The notes under the pieces are model-generated. The model was given only the letters and a program-made list of their open reading frames with translations. It was not told the DNA's origin and ran no database searches. A stretch of DNA of 61,487 bases, filler included, from Choristocarpus tenellus KU-1152 (lineage: Eukaryota; Protista; Phaeophyceae), in the NCBI GenBank assembly GCA_964200185.2. It is 7 parts of 7 records of this genome, joined end to end, with 100 filler letters (N's around TTAATTAATTAA, not from the genome) between each part and the next. Parts side by side here need not be neighbours in the genome. Positions count along the whole stretch, not along the records: positions 58,266 to 61,487 come from CAXNAD020021438.1; 6 more parts are not named here. One strand, 5' to 3'. A program made the position numbers and the translations under genes. Positions 61,345 through 61,487 of this stretch are shown piece after piece; within the stretch, counting starts at the first letter, position 1; every line of letters begins with the position of its first letter.

Positions 61345-61476
61345 GTATCTGGGGGGGGGTTGGCGGCTGTCCATTTGGGGTCGATTTTTTCATGTCGTGA
61401 TTTTTGGGTGATTTGGTTGCGTACCTGGGATGGATAATGTAAATAACAGCCTCTCGGCAAAATTGAGGATGGAGCA
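61345..61476. mobile_element. Partial MITE family B abutting a family C terminus
   Basis: gtatctggggggg...gtccatttggggtcg...gatttggttgcgtac, then taacagcc...aaaattgaggatggagc. Confidence 0.7.
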
Positions 61477-61487
61477 TACCATGGAGG

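Overview
Eukaryotic, intron-rich nuclear DNA. It is probably a photosynthetic stramenopile such as a brown alga or close relative; this is inferred from gene style, TTAGGG repeats and retroelement type. The window is not one locus: seven contigs (1-10080, 10181-22524, 22625-38173, 38274-47082, 47183-52798, 52899-58165, 58266-61487) are joined by identical 100-nt N44-TTAATTAATTAA-N44 linkers. Spliced genes reconstructed by hand: the 3' part of a CRAL-TRIO/Sec14 protein; the 5' part of an oxidosqualene cyclase, head-to-head with a complete N6AMT1/HemK2 methyltransferase; a soluble-type (ADCY10-like) nucleotide cyclase; a coiled-coil protein; and the last two exons of an unknown gene. Repeats include decayed Ty3/gypsy and Ty1/copia remnants, three MITE families (two share a CAAAGTATCT terminus and show 4-bp TSDs) and several minisatellites. 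The most unusual signals are: (1) short TTAGGG arrays throughout introns in both orientations, including units that appear to have arisen inside a MITE copy after it inserted; (2) compact, intronless, C-to-T-decayed ORF clusters of unrecognised type, with one protein family present on two contigs (candidate fossil virus or novel large element); (3) two, possibly three, GC-AG introns among about 25 modelled donors; (4) CpG-to-TpG decay of repeats, suggesting cytosine methylation.
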